A DNA stretch of 64,000 nucleotides from contig CAVUVR010000002.1 of NCBI GenBank assembly GCA_963744975.1, positions 2,785,069 to 2,849,068 on the forward strand, in the 5' to 3' direction. Origin of the DNA: an uncultured Alphaproteobacteria bacterium (GTDB taxonomy: Bacteria > Pseudomonadota > Alphaproteobacteria > Rhizobiales > Xanthobacteraceae). The notes beneath the pieces are model-generated. The model saw only the letters and a list, made by a program, of their open reading frames with translations, searched no databases and had not been told where the DNA came from. This document shows, piece after piece, positions 36,604 through 47,953 of this stretch; position 1 is the stretch's first letter, and the number at the start of each line of letters is the position of its first letter. A program made the position numbers and the translations under genes.

Positions 36604-39120
36604 TTGCCAGATCAATCGCAGCCAGCAAAATACCCTCCGCTCAACGCCCCGGTCGACGAACTGGCGCTGGGCGAGATCAAGAGCGCGATTCTCGCCAAGC
36701 TGACGCTTGCGATCGGCAAGGACGCGGCGATGGCCACGCGCCACGACTGGTACAAGGCGGCGGCGCTGGCGCTGCGCGACCGCATCGTGCACCGCTGGCT
36801 GATCAGCGACAAGCAGAGCTACGACGAAGGCCGCAAGCGGGTCTATTATCTGAGCCTCGAGTTTCTGATCGGCCGGCTGTTCACCGACGCGCTGAACAAT
36901 ATGGGGCTGCTGCCGGTGTTCGAGGCGGCGCTCGGCGATCTCGGCGTCGACCTCGCCGATTTGCGCAAATGCGAACCCGACGCGGCACTCGGCAATGGCG
37001 GCCTCGGGCGGCTCGCGGCCTGCTTCATGGAAAGCATGGCGACGCTGGCGATTCCCGCCATCGGCTACGGTATCCGCTACGATTTCGGCCTGTTCCGCCA
37101 GATCATCTCGCATGGCTGGCAGCAGGAATATCCCGACGAATGGCTCGGCTTCGGCAACCCCTGGGAATTCCAGCGGCCGGAGGTGGTCTATCACGTCCAC
37201 TTCGGCGGCAGCGTCGAACAATCCACCGAGGCGAACGGCCGCAATCGCACCATCTGGCATCCGGCGGAAACCGTGCAGGCGGTGGCCTACGACACCCCGA
37301 TCGTCGGCTGGCGCGGCGCGCACGTCAACGCGCTGAGGCTATGGTCGGCGCGCGCGCCGGATCCCCTCAAACTCGACGTCTTCAATACCGGCGACTATCT
37401 CGGCGCCAGCGCCGAGCAGGCCCGCGCCGAGTCGATCTGCAAGTTCCTGTATCCCAACGACGAAAGCGCGGCCGGGCGCGAATTGCGGCTGCGCCAGGAG
37501 TATTTCTTCGTCGCGGCGTCCTTGCAGGACCTGATCAAGCGGCATCTCGCCTCCGAAGGCCAGTTGCGCGGGCTCGCGCAAAAGGCCGCGGTGCAGCTCA
37601 ACGACACCCATCCGAGCCTCGCCGTCACCGAGCTGATGCGCATCCTGATCGATCTGCACAACTTCCCCTGGGACGAGGCCTGGCAGATCACCACGGCGGT
37701 ATTGTCCTACACCAACCACACGCTGCTGCCCGAGGCGCTGGAGACCTGGCCGCTCGAACTGTTCGAGCGCATGCTGCCGCGCCATCTCGATATCATCTAC
37801 CGCATCAACGACGCGCATCTGAAGCTGGCCGACGCCTGCTGCCCCGGCGACGTCGAATTCCGCGCCTCGGTGTCGCTGATCGACGAAAAGTCCGGACGCC
37901 GGGTGCGGATGGGGCAGCTGGCGTTCGTAGGCTCCCATCGCATCAACGGCGTCTCGGCGATGCATTCCGACCTGATGAAGGAGACCGTGTTCCACGATCT
38001 CAATCATCTCTATCCCGGCCGCATCACCAACAAGACCAATGGCATCACCTTCCGGCGCTGGCTGATGCTGGCCAACCCCGGATTGACCGGCCTGCTCCGC
38101 GAGGTGTGCGGCGAGGCGGTGCTCGACGATCCGTCGCTGCTCGCGCGCCTCGAGCCGCTGGCCGGCGACAACGCGTTCCAGCAGAAGTTCCGCGCTGTAA
38201 AGCATCGCAACAAGATCGCGCTGGCGCGGCTGATCGGCGAACGGCTCGGGGTGCAGATCGATCCCGGCGCGCTGTTCGACGTCCAGATCAAGCGCATCCA
38301 TGAATACAAGCGGCAGTTGCTCAATCTGCTCGAGACGGTGGCGCTGTATCACGCCATCAAGGACGACCCGCAGCGCGACTGGGTGCCGCGGGTAAAGATT
38401 TTCGCTGGCAAGGCGGCGGCGAGCTATCGCTACGCAAAGCTGATCATAAAACTGATCAACGACGTCGCCGAGGTGATCAACAACGATCCCGCGATCGGCG
38501 GCAAGCTCAAACTCGCCTTCCTCGCCGACTACAATGTCAGCCTCGCGGAAGTCATCATTCCCGCCGCCGATCTCTCCGAGCAGATTTCCACCGCCGGCAT
38601 GGAAGCCTCCGGCACCGGCAACATGAAGCTCGCGCTCAACGGCGCGCTGACCATCGGCACGCTGGACGGCGCCAATCTCGAAATCCGCGACTATGTCGGC
38701 GCGGAAAACATCGCGATCTTCGGCATGGAAGCGCAGGACGTGGTGGTGCGGCGCAAGCAGGGGCTGGACGCCACCGACGTAATCTCGAAGTCGGCACCTC
38801 TTGCGCGCGCGATCGCCGCGATCGAGCGCGGCGATTTTTCGCCCGACGATCCCAGCCGGTTCGAATCGGTCGCGCACGCGCTGCGCCACCTCGACCATTA
38901 CATGGTCAGCGCCGATTTCGACGCCTATTACGACGCGCAGCGCGGCATCGACGCGCGCTGGCAGGTGATGCCGGCCTGGACCAGGGCCAGCATCTTCAAC
39001 GTCGCGCGGATGCCGTGGTTTTCGTCGGACCGCACCATCCGCGAATACGCCGACGATATCTGGAACGTCCCGGTGCAGCCGACCGCGCAGCCTTCGCCGG
39101 CGCGGCTGGCGAAGGGGTAG
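36604..39120 (+). CDS. glgP: Glycogen/starch phosphorylase
   Basis: GNGGLGRLAACF, QLNDTHP, KRIHEYKRQ and EASGTGNMK (PLP Lys) motifs; start uncertain (36571 or 36604). Confidence 0.97.
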   Translation: MPDQSQPAKYPPLNAPVDELALGEIKSAILAKLTLAIGKDAAMATRHDWYKAAALALRDRIVHRWLISDKQSYDEGRKRVYYLSLEFLIGRLFTDALNNMGLLPVFEAALGDLGVDLADLRKCEPDAALGNGGLGRLAACFMESMATLAIPAIGYGIRYDFGLFRQIISHGWQQEYPDEWLGFGNPWEFQRPEVVYHVHFGGSVEQSTEANGRNRTIWHPAETVQAVAYDTPIVGWRGAHVNALRLWSARAPDPLKLDVFNTGDYLGASAEQARAESICKFLYPNDESAAGRELRLRQEYFFVAASLQDLIKRHLASEGQLRGLAQKAAVQLNDTHPSLAVTELMRILIDLHNFPWDEAWQITTAVLSYTNHTLLPEALETWPLELFERMLPRHLDIIYRINDAHLKLADACCPGDVEFRASVSLIDEKSGRRVRMGQLAFVGSHRINGVSAMHSDLMKETVFHDLNHLYPGRITNKTNGITFRRWLMLANPGLTGLLREVCGEAVLDDPSLLARLEPLAGDNAFQQKFRAVKHRNKIALARLIGERLGVQIDPGALFDVQIKRIHEYKRQLLNLLETVALYHAIKDDPQRDWVPRVKIFAGKAAASYRYAKLIIKLINDVAEVINNDPAIGGKLKLAFLADYNVSLAEVIIPAADLSEQISTAGMEASGTGNMKLALNGALTIGTLDGANLEIRDYVGAENIAIFGMEAQDVVVRRKQGLDATDVISKSAPLARAIAAIERGDFSPDDPSRFESVAHALRHLDHYMVSADFDAYYDAQRGIDARWQVMPAWTRASIFNVARMPWFSSDRTIREYADDIWNVPVQPTAQPSPARLAKG

Positions 39121-39124
39121 TTTT

Positions 39125-39351
39125 CACCTCTCCCCGCTCTTTTGCGGGGAGAGGTCGAATCGCATCGTAAGATGCGATTCGGGTGAGGGGCGAGGCACCG
39201 TGTTGCCGCGGTGAAAGTTTATCGGGTCGTATCCTTGGATCAGAGCGACCCGAAAGACCTGTCCGCGTGCGAGGATAGTGCCTCGCCCCTCACCCGAAGC
39301 CTGCGCTACGCTCCGGCTTCGACCTCTCCCCGCGAAAGAGCGGGGAGAGGT
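39125..39351. repeat. Family H REP doublet with unique central spacer
   Basis: CCTCTCCCCGC hairpins at both ends, GGGTGAGGGG/CCCCTCACCC inner arms. Confidence 0.8.
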
Positions 39352-39384
39352 TAATGAGCGCTGCTCCGCCAAGTGGGAATTCTC

Positions 39385-40209
39385 ATGCTCACCAAGACAC
39401 CGCATTTGTTCGACGACGCAACGCGCGTTGCGGCCGGCGACAGCCGGTGGAGCGGCCATACCAGCGAGGACTACTGGGCGTTCGTCGGTCCGTTCGGCGG
39501 CGTCACCGCGGCGACCATGCTGCGGGCGATCATGGAGCATCCGCAGCGCTCGGGCGATCCGCTCGCGCTCACCGTCAACTTTTGCGCGCCGATCGCGCAG
39601 GGGCCGTTCGATCTCGATGTCCGCCTGATCAAGGCCAACCGCTCTACGCAGCACTGGTCGGTCGAACTCACGCAAGGCGGCGCCGCCGTCGCGACCTTTG
39701 CGACCGCGGTGTTCGCGGTGCGGCGCCCGTCATGGTCGCACCAGCCGGCGCCATTTCCACAAGCGCCGCCGTTCGAAACGGTGCGGCCGTACCCGAAAAG
39801 CAGCCTGAAGATGTCGTGGGTCAAGCAATACGACTTCCGCTTTGTCGAGGGCGAACCGCAGCTCGCCGGCGCGCCTCACCTTGAGCCGGCGAGTGCATTC
39901 TCGAAATTGTGGATCGGCGACGCCACGCCGCGGAAAATCGACGTGCTGTCGCTGCTGTCGATGTCGGACGCCTTCTTCGGCCGCATCTTCCACGTCCGCA
40001 ATGAATTCGTGCCGTTCGGCACGGTGTCGCTGACGACGTATTTTCATGCCGATGCCGACGATCTTGCGGCCGAGGAGATCAGCCACGTTCTCGCCACTGC
40101 CGATGCCAAAACCTTTCACAAGAGTTTTGGCGATCAGCACGGCGAATTGTGGTCGCCGAACGGCCACCTGCTCGCGACCACGACACAGATGGCGTATTTC
40201 AAGGCGTAA
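39385..40209 (+). CDS. Acyl-CoA thioesterase, TesB-like double hotdog
   Basis: GPFGG.TAA, SDAFF..IF, TVSLTTYFH, G.LWS..G.LLA motifs. Confidence 0.85.
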   Translation: MLTKTPHLFDDATRVAAGDSRWSGHTSEDYWAFVGPFGGVTAATMLRAIMEHPQRSGDPLALTVNFCAPIAQGPFDLDVRLIKANRSTQHWSVELTQGGAAVATFATAVFAVRRPSWSHQPAPFPQAPPFETVRPYPKSSLKMSWVKQYDFRFVEGEPQLAGAPHLEPASAFSKLWIGDATPRKIDVLSLLSMSDAFFGRIFHVRNEFVPFGTVSLTTYFHADADDLAAEEISHVLATADAKTFHKSFGDQHGELWSPNGHLLATTTQMAYFKA

Positions 40210-40219
40210 ATAGCACCGC

Positions 40220-40331
40220 CGTCATCCTGAGGTGCTCGCCGTTCTTCACGGCGAGCCTCGAAGGATGGGCCACAAGCGCTTGCGGCCATCCTTCGAGACG
40301 CCGCGCAAGCGCGCGGCTCCTCAGGATGACG
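40220..40331. repeat. REP doublet, family D
   Basis: CGTCATCCTGAGG...CCTCAGGATGACG. Confidence 0.85.
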
Positions 40332-40564
40332 GTTGAGTGTGTGGCGGGATTTCCGGGTTCGCCCGCGCAAGTGCGCGCGTGCCCTGGAATGACGAAGACG
40401 TTTCGAGTCACTCCAACGTGATTGCTTCGAGCGTTCGCGTGATGAGGTTCAAATTCATGCATGATGCGCGTTATTTGATCTGGCATTAGCGAACACCAAT
40501 ACGTATCTCCTCAATCAGGAAGGAAATTCGACCCAGGGACAACACTCCGCAAAAGGAGCCATCC

Positions 40565-40771
40565 ATGGCGAATGTTCTATCCACTGGGGCCTGGCTTTCT
40601 GCCCCGACCAGAAAACCCTCATTCTTCGCACGATTGTTGCGCGCTCAGATCGACGCGCGTCAGCGGCACGCCGATCGTGTGGTCGAGCAATATCTCGTCA
40701 TCCACGGGGGTAAGCTGACCGACGACGCAGAGCGTCAAATCGAACGTCTCATTTTCAAAGGCGGCCGGTAG
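40565..40771 (+). CDS. Small hypothetical protein (68 aa)
   Basis: AAGGAG RBS and an isolated AT-rich upstream region. Confidence 0.6.
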   Translation: MANVLSTGAWLSAPTRKPSFFARLLRAQIDARQRHADRVVEQYLVIHGGKLTDDAERQIERLIFKGGR

Positions 40772-40910
40772 CATGATCACGCTCATCATCGTGCAAACGG
40801 CGCACAAGGTCGCGCGCTTTGCGAGAGAAATTCGTGAGATATGGCACGAAACTCGAAGGCTCCGTCGCAGCCTTCCCGGCCCAACCGAGGAGTAGCAAGC
40901 CTCAGCGCTG

Positions 40911-40991
40911 CGTCATTGCGAGCGAAGCGAAGCAATCCGGAGGCCGCAAGATAGACTGGATTGCTTCGTCGCTGCGCTCCTCGCAATGACG
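40911..40991. repeat. REP doublet, family C
   Basis: CGTCATTGCGAG...CTCGCAATGACG downstream of pckA. Confidence 0.85.
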
Positions 40992-40999
40992 ATGCGGTC

Positions 41000-42616
<1,617 letters not shown>

Positions 42617-42765
42617 GAAGTTTCCTCCTCGAACCCGCGTAGTTCAGCGCGATTGCCGCAAAACGCGCTCGTCGCGGTGACCGTCAATATAGCCTTCCGG
42701 CCGCGGTCCGGCGACCTAATACTGAGGAACGCCGCGCTTGCCAAGCCGATCCTGTCAAATTTGGT

Positions 42766-43521
42766 TTATTCGAGGACACCTTGTGTGCTCGCCGCGGTGC
42801 GGGCTTTTTCGACAAGTTCTTTCAAGACCTTCCGCAGTGCGGCAGGAGTGACAATCCGCCGCGGAAAATCCAGCCGCAGCGTTTTAGACCCCGCCTGCAT
42901 GTCCATGCCATCGGGGTCGCAGCCGGTGCAACGCCAATCCGCTTGCTCTGCGCCAAGCAGCTTTGCGGCATAGAGATTCATCGCGTCGCGGTGATCGGCA
43001 TTCATGTGCTCTATGGCGCTCTGCTCGGCCTCCAGCAGCGCGTCGGCATCGGAAATGTCGGTCAGAAGCTGCTCGGCTGTGAGGTCGACGATCCGGCCAA
43101 ACCCCGCGACCAGATGCGCGCCCGTCGGCTTTATCCGGAAAAATGAAAAATCCTTAAAATTTACAAAGGCTTCGGCAGAAGGATGGGCGTTGAGATAGCG
43201 CCGGCGTAAGATTGCCTCTTCGGCCTCCCTCGCCTGTTCCGCCCGGCCCGCCAGCATGACCCGCGCGCCCTCCAGGGGATCGCCTTCGGCCCGCTCGTCC
43301 AGCATCAGCGAGACCCTGGAATCAGCCAGGAGGTTTCTCGTATGCAGCGCCAGGCGCGAAATCAGCAGGATTGGCGAGCCATCCCAGCTGCTTGCCACAT
43401 TGACCAGCGAGCAATAGGGATCGCCGCTGCCCGGCGCTAGCGTCGCCAGCGCGCCCTGCCGGCTGCGCCGCAGCAGCGAGCGGGCCAGTTGGGAAGCGCT
43501 GAAATCGGCGGTTTCCTGCAT
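42766..43521 (-). CDS. HugZ-like pyridoxamine-5'-phosphate oxidase fold protein with DUF2470-type C-domain
   Basis: LISRLALHTRNL, HLVAGFGRI, HMNADH motifs. Confidence 0.85.
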   Translation of the reverse strand: MQETADFSASQLARSLLRRSRQGALATLAPGSGDPYCSLVNVASSWDGSPILLISRLALHTRNLLADSRVSLMLDERAEGDPLEGARVMLAGRAEQAREAEEAILRRRYLNAHPSAEAFVNFKDFSFFRIKPTGAHLVAGFGRIVDLTAEQLLTDISDADALLEAEQSAIEHMNADHRDAMNLYAAKLLGAEQADWRCTGCDPDGMDMQAGSKTLRLDFPRRIVTPAALRKVLKELVEKARTAASTQGVLE

Positions 43522-43730
43522 CGGTCAGTTCCAGTATCTCATTGCAAAACGTGCCTTATTTCGGCTAAACCGTTGCCTATATAGGCCGGAAACCGAGTGT
43601 ATTCATGGGTTTCCGGAACTCGGTCACACTTCAGCCCAGCTTGCATTGCTCGTTGATCGAGTTCGAAGCCCACTTATACGGCACATCGCTGGAATCGCCG
43701 TCATCTAAGCCACTTTCGGAAAGCAGGCTC

Positions 43731-44432
43731 ATGCCCACAATCGCTTTGGTCGACGACGACCGCAACATTCTCACATCCGTCTCGATCGCGCTGGAAGCCG
43801 AAGGCTACCGCATCATGACCTACACGGATGGCGCCTCCGCGCTCGACGGATTCCGCACCAGCCCGCCCGACCTTGCCATCCTCGACATCAAGATGCCGCG
43901 CATGGACGGCATGGAGACGCTGCGCCGCCTGCGGCAAAAGTCCGACCTGCCGGTGATTTTTCTCACCTCCAAGGATGAAGAGATCGACGAATTGTTCGGT
44001 CTCAAAATGGGCGCCGACGATTTCATCCGCAAGCCGTTCTCGCAGCGCCTGCTGGTCGAGCGCGTCAAAGCGGTGCTGCGCCGCGCAGCGCCGAAAGACC
44101 CGACCGCGGCGCCAAAGGAAACCGACGCCAAGGCGCTGGATCGCGGGTTGTTGCGGATGGATCCGGAGCGCCACACCTGTACCTGGAAGAACGAGCCGGT
44201 CACGCTGACCGTCACCGAATTCCTGATCTTGCAGGCGCTGGCGACGCGTCCCGGTGTCGTGAAAAGCCGCAACGCCTTGATGGACGCGGCCTATGACGAC
44301 CAGGTCTATGTCGACGATCGCACCATCGACAGCCACATCAAGCGGCTGCGCAAGAAGTTCAAGGTCGTGGACGACGATTTCGAGATGATCGAAACCCTCT
44401 ACGGCGTCGGCTACCGCTTCAAGGAAACCTGA
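43731..44432 (+). CDS. chvI: OmpR-family response regulator ChvI
   Basis: [35 protein letters not shown]; followed by chvG-hprK-EIIA-HPr. Confidence 0.95.
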   Translation: MPTIALVDDDRNILTSVSIALEAEGYRIMTYTDGASALDGFRTSPPDLAILDIKMPRMDGMETLRRLRQKSDLPVIFLTSKDEEIDELFGLKMGADDFIRKPFSQRLLVERVKAVLRRAAPKDPTAAPKETDAKALDRGLLRMDPERHTCTWKNEPVTLTVTEFLILQALATRPGVVKSRNALMDAAYDDQVYVDDRTIDSHIKRLRKKFKVVDDDFEMIETLYGVGYRFKET

Positions 44433-44466
44433 TACAGTAGGCGTGCCAGGGCGCGTTAAAAGAAAC

Positions 44467-44576
44467 CGTCATTCCGGGCGCGCGCCTCTTCGCGCGAACC
44501 CGGAATCCAGAGGTGAGACGATACTTCTGGATTCCGGGTTCGTCCCGCGCAAGGGCGCGGGCGCCCCGGAATGACG
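44467..44576. repeat. CGTC-type REP doublet (CGTCATTCCGGG...CCCGGAATGACG)
   Basis: Inverted termini between chvI and chvG. Confidence 0.8.
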
Positions 44577-44618
44577 GACCGAAAGTTGACGGAGCACATC
44601 TAACGGACGGTTTGGCCA

Positions 44619-46433
44619 TTGCTTGATCGAACTCAGCCTGATCCGAGCGTGAATGCCGAGGGTGCGAGCCTCGCGCTGGACGATGCTGCCGCCGTTGATG
44701 CACGGCCGCAAGCCCAGGGTTGGCAACGCCTGCTGGGCTGGCTGCGCCGCGCCGGACAGTTTTTCTTCGCACTGTCTTTCTCGAGCCTGACCCGACGCAT
44801 CGTTTCGCTCAATCTTGCAGGCCTGATCGCGCTGGTGGCAAGCATCCTCTATCTGTCGCAATTCCGCGCCGGCCTGATCGACGCCCGCGCGCAGAGCCTT
44901 CTGGTACAGGCCGAAATCATCGCCGGCGCCATCGCCGCCTCCGCGACCGTCGAGACCAACACCATCACCATCGATCCCGACCGGCTGCTCGACCTGAAAC
45001 CCGGCGAATCCTACGGCGCGCCGGATGAATTTTCCGGGCTGGATTTTCCGATCAACCCGGAGCGCGTCGCCCCCGTGCTGCGGCGGCTGATCTCGCCGAC
45101 CAAGACGCGAGCCCGGATTTACGACCGCGACGGCGTGCTGATTCTCGACAGCCGCAGTCTCTATGGGCGCGGCGACGTGCTGCGCTTCGAATTGCCGCCG
45201 CCCACCACCGAAAAACCAGGGATCGCCGAGCGTGCGATGATCGCGGTCCGCACCTGGCTCAATCGCGGCGACCTTCCGCTGTACCGCGAACTCGGACCTG
45301 AGAACGGCAAAGGCTACAGGGAAGTCCAGCAATCGCTCGACGGACAGAAGAGCAGCATGGTGCGCATCAACGACCGCGGCGAAGTGATCGTCTCGGTCTC
45401 GGTGCCGGTGCAGCGCTTCCGCGCCGTGCATGGCGCGCTGATGCTGTCGACGCAGGGCGACGACATCGATCAGATGGTCACCGCGGAGCGGCTCGCCATC
45501 CTGAAGGTGTTCGGCGTCGCCTCCGCAGTCATGATCGTGCTGTCGCTGCTCTTGGCGAGCACCATCGCCGGCCCGGTGCGGCGGCTCGCCGACAGCGCCG
45601 AACGGGTTCGCCGCCGCATCCGGACGCGCGTGGAAATTCCCGACTTCACCGGGCGCCGCGACGAGATCGGGCATTTGTCCGGCGCGCTGCGCGATATGAC
45701 CGACGCGCTGTATAACCGCATCGAGGCGATCGAGACTTTCGCCGCCGACGTGGCGCATGAACTGAAGAATCCGCTGACGTCGCTGCGCTCCGCGGTGGAA
45801 ACCTTGCCGCTGGCGCGGAACGAAAACAGCCGCTCCCGGCTGCTCGCCGTGATCGAGCACGACGTGAAACGGCTCGACCGGCTGATCTCCGACATTTCGG
45901 ACGCGAGCCGCCTCGACGCCGAGCTGCAGCGGCAGGACGAGGCGCCGGTCGATATCAGACGCCTGCTCAATACGCTCACATCGGTCGCCAACGAAACCCG
46001 GCTCGGCCACGACGTCGCCGTCGAGGCCCGCTTCGAGGGCAGTCCGAGGGATACGTTCTCGATTCCGGGACACGATTCGCGGCTGGGGCAGGTGATCTCC
46101 AATCTGCTGGTCAACGCGCAATCGTTCTCCAATGCCGGCGGCAAGGTCCGCATCGTCTGCCGCCGGGTGCGCTCCGAAATCGAAATCGTCGTCGACGATG
46201 ACGGCCCCGGCATCCGCGAGGACGCACTGGAGAAGATCTTCGAACGCTTTTACACCGACCGCCCGCATCAGGGGTTTGGCCAGAACTCCGGATTGGGCCT
46301 GTCGATTTCGAAGCAGATCATCGAAGCCCATCGCGGCCGCATCTGGGCGGAGAACCGCCCCGGCCCGATCAATGGTGACGGCGAGCCCACCGTGGCCGGC
46401 GCGCGCTTCGTGGTGCGGCTGCCCGCGCCATGA
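44619..46433 (+). CDS. chvG: Sensor histidine kinase ChvG
   Basis: Two TM, HAMP, AHELKNPL, D.GPG, GLGLSIS; ChvG-type periplasmic domain. Confidence 0.95.
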   Translation: MLDRTQPDPSVNAEGASLALDDAAAVDARPQAQGWQRLLGWLRRAGQFFFALSFSSLTRRIVSLNLAGLIALVASILYLSQFRAGLIDARAQSLLVQAEIIAGAIAASATVETNTITIDPDRLLDLKPGESYGAPDEFSGLDFPINPERVAPVLRRLISPTKTRARIYDRDGVLILDSRSLYGRGDVLRFELPPPTTEKPGIAERAMIAVRTWLNRGDLPLYRELGPENGKGYREVQQSLDGQKSSMVRINDRGEVIVSVSVPVQRFRAVHGALMLSTQGDDIDQMVTAERLAILKVFGVASAVMIVLSLLLASTIAGPVRRLADSAERVRRRIRTRVEIPDFTGRRDEIGHLSGALRDMTDALYNRIEAIETFAADVAHELKNPLTSLRSAVETLPLARNENSRSRLLAVIEHDVKRLDRLISDISDASRLDAELQRQDEAPVDIRRLLNTLTSVANETRLGHDVAVEARFEGSPRDTFSIPGHDSRLGQVISNLLVNAQSFSNAGGKVRIVCRRVRSEIEIVVDDDGPGIREDALEKIFERFYTDRPHQGFGQNSGLGLSISKQIIEAHRGRIWAENRPGPINGDGEPTVAGARFVVRLPAP

Positions 46434-46930
46434 CGACGCAGGCCAGCGTTCACGCCTCCGCCGTGTTGGTGGGAGACCGCGCGGTTCTGATCCGCGGTCC
46501 ATCGGGCTCCGGCAAATCGCGCCTCGCATTCGATCTCATCCTTGCCGGCCGCGCGGGGCAGATTCCGACAGCCGTCCTGGTCGGCGACGACCGCATCTTT
46601 CTGAAGAGCGCTCAGGGCCAGTTGGTGGTCCGGCCGGCGCGGGAGCTGGCGGGCTTGATCGAAATTCGCGGGCTCGGCATCCGCCGCTGCGATTTTGTCG
46701 AACAGGCGGCTGTGGGCTTGGTGGTGGATTTGTCTGCCGCTGACGCCGAACGCATGCCGGCATCCGAGGCGCTGCTTACGGCCATTGAAGGTGTTATATT
46801 ACCACGAATTCCCGTGGATTCGGCATTTCAGCCGTTGCCTTTAGTGGTGGCCGCGCTGGTCACCCGACCTTCTGCTGATTGCTCGAAGGGAATTGGTAAC
46901 CATATAAGCCCCACTATCGCCACCCAGTAG
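46430..46930 (+). CDS. hprK: Short-form HPr kinase/phosphorylase
   Basis: VHAS, G.SGSGKS, VGDD and IEIRGLG motifs. Confidence 0.9.
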   Translation: MTTQASVHASAVLVGDRAVLIRGPSGSGKSRLAFDLILAGRAGQIPTAVLVGDDRIFLKSAQGQLVVRPARELAGLIEIRGLGIRRCDFVEQAAVGLVVDLSAADAERMPASEALLTAIEGVILPRIPVDSAFQPLPLVVAALVTRPSADCSKGIGNHISPTIATQ

Positions 46931-47062
46931 ACTGGCGCCGACTCCCCCCGCACTACCAATAAATCAGGGAGAATCGCGACGATCCCCTCTTGCGCGGGGG
47001 CTCGGGATGGTCAAAGTGGCCCGTTCGTGCGGTGCACCAAAAGCACCCGCGAGGAGTTTCCG

Positions 47063-47464
47063 ATGATTGGTCTGGTACTTGTGACCCATGGGCGCCTTGC
47101 CGACGAGTTCAAGGCGGCGCTCGAACATGTAATGGGTCCACAAAAGCAAATCGAAGCAGTGACGATCGGCGCCGAGGACGATGCCGATCTGTGTCGAAGC
47201 GACATCATCGAAGCGGTCAATCGCGTCGATAGCGGCGACGGCGTCGCCATCCTCACCGACATGTTCGGCGGCACCCCTTCCAATCTCGCGATCTCCTGCA
47301 TGAGCCGACCCAAGGTCGAAGTGCTCGCGGGAATCAATCTCCCCATGCTGGTCAAGCTTGCCAAGGTCCGCGAGGAGCGCCCTTTGCCCGACGCCATCGC
47401 CATGGCGCAGGAAGCGGGGCGCAAATACGTCACCATCGCCAGCCGGGTTCTCGCCGGAAAATGA
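47063..47464 (+). CDS. PTS EIIA, mannose family
   Basis: LVTHG, LTDMFGGTPSN, GINLPML. Confidence 0.93.
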   Translation: MIGLVLVTHGRLADEFKAALEHVMGPQKQIEAVTIGAEDDADLCRSDIIEAVNRVDSGDGVAILTDMFGGTPSNLAISCMSRPKVEVLAGINLPMLVKLAKVREERPLPDAIAMAQEAGRKYVTIASRVLAGK

Positions 47465-47796
47465 CCGACGACGCGGCTTCGTCGGGCGACAATGCGAGGG
47501 CTGATGCCCCGTCATCGCCATCGGGCACTGTCACCAGAGAAATTCCCATCATCAACAAACGCGGCCTGCATGCGCGGGCATCCGCGAAATTCGTCAAGAT
47601 GGTCGAGCAGTTCGACGCCGAGGTCCTGGTCACCCGCGGCAGCGAGACCGTCGGCGGCACCTCGATCATGGGACTGATGATGCTCTCCGCCGGCCCGGGC
47701 ACCAGCATCGTGGTTTCCGCCACCGGCCCGCAAGCCGAAGCCGCGGTCGCAGCGCTGGCCGAGCTGGTCGGCAACAAGTTCAACGAGGAAGAGTGA
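47461..47796 (+). CDS. HPr/NPr phosphocarrier
   Basis: NKRGLHARAS (His) and SIMGLMML (Ser) motifs. Confidence 0.94.
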   Translation: MTDDAASSGDNARADAPSSPSGTVTREIPIINKRGLHARASAKFVKMVEQFDAEVLVTRGSETVGGTSIMGLMMLSAGPGTSIVVSATGPQAEAAVAALAELVGNKFNEEE

Positions 47797-47801
47797 TGCC
47801 T

Positions 47802-47945
47802 CGTGTCCCGGGCGCGATGCGGCATTCTTGATGCCGCTTCGCAGAACCGGGACCCCGGTTTCTTCGAGCAGCAAGCAACCGGGACCCCGGATCAGCAGCG
47901 CACCGCTCCGCGAAGGGCTACGCGCTGCGCTGCGTCCGGGGCACG
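47802..47945. repeat. REP-like element, family A
   Basis: Homologous to 3421-3558. Confidence 0.85.
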
Positions 47946-47953
47946 AAGCTCAC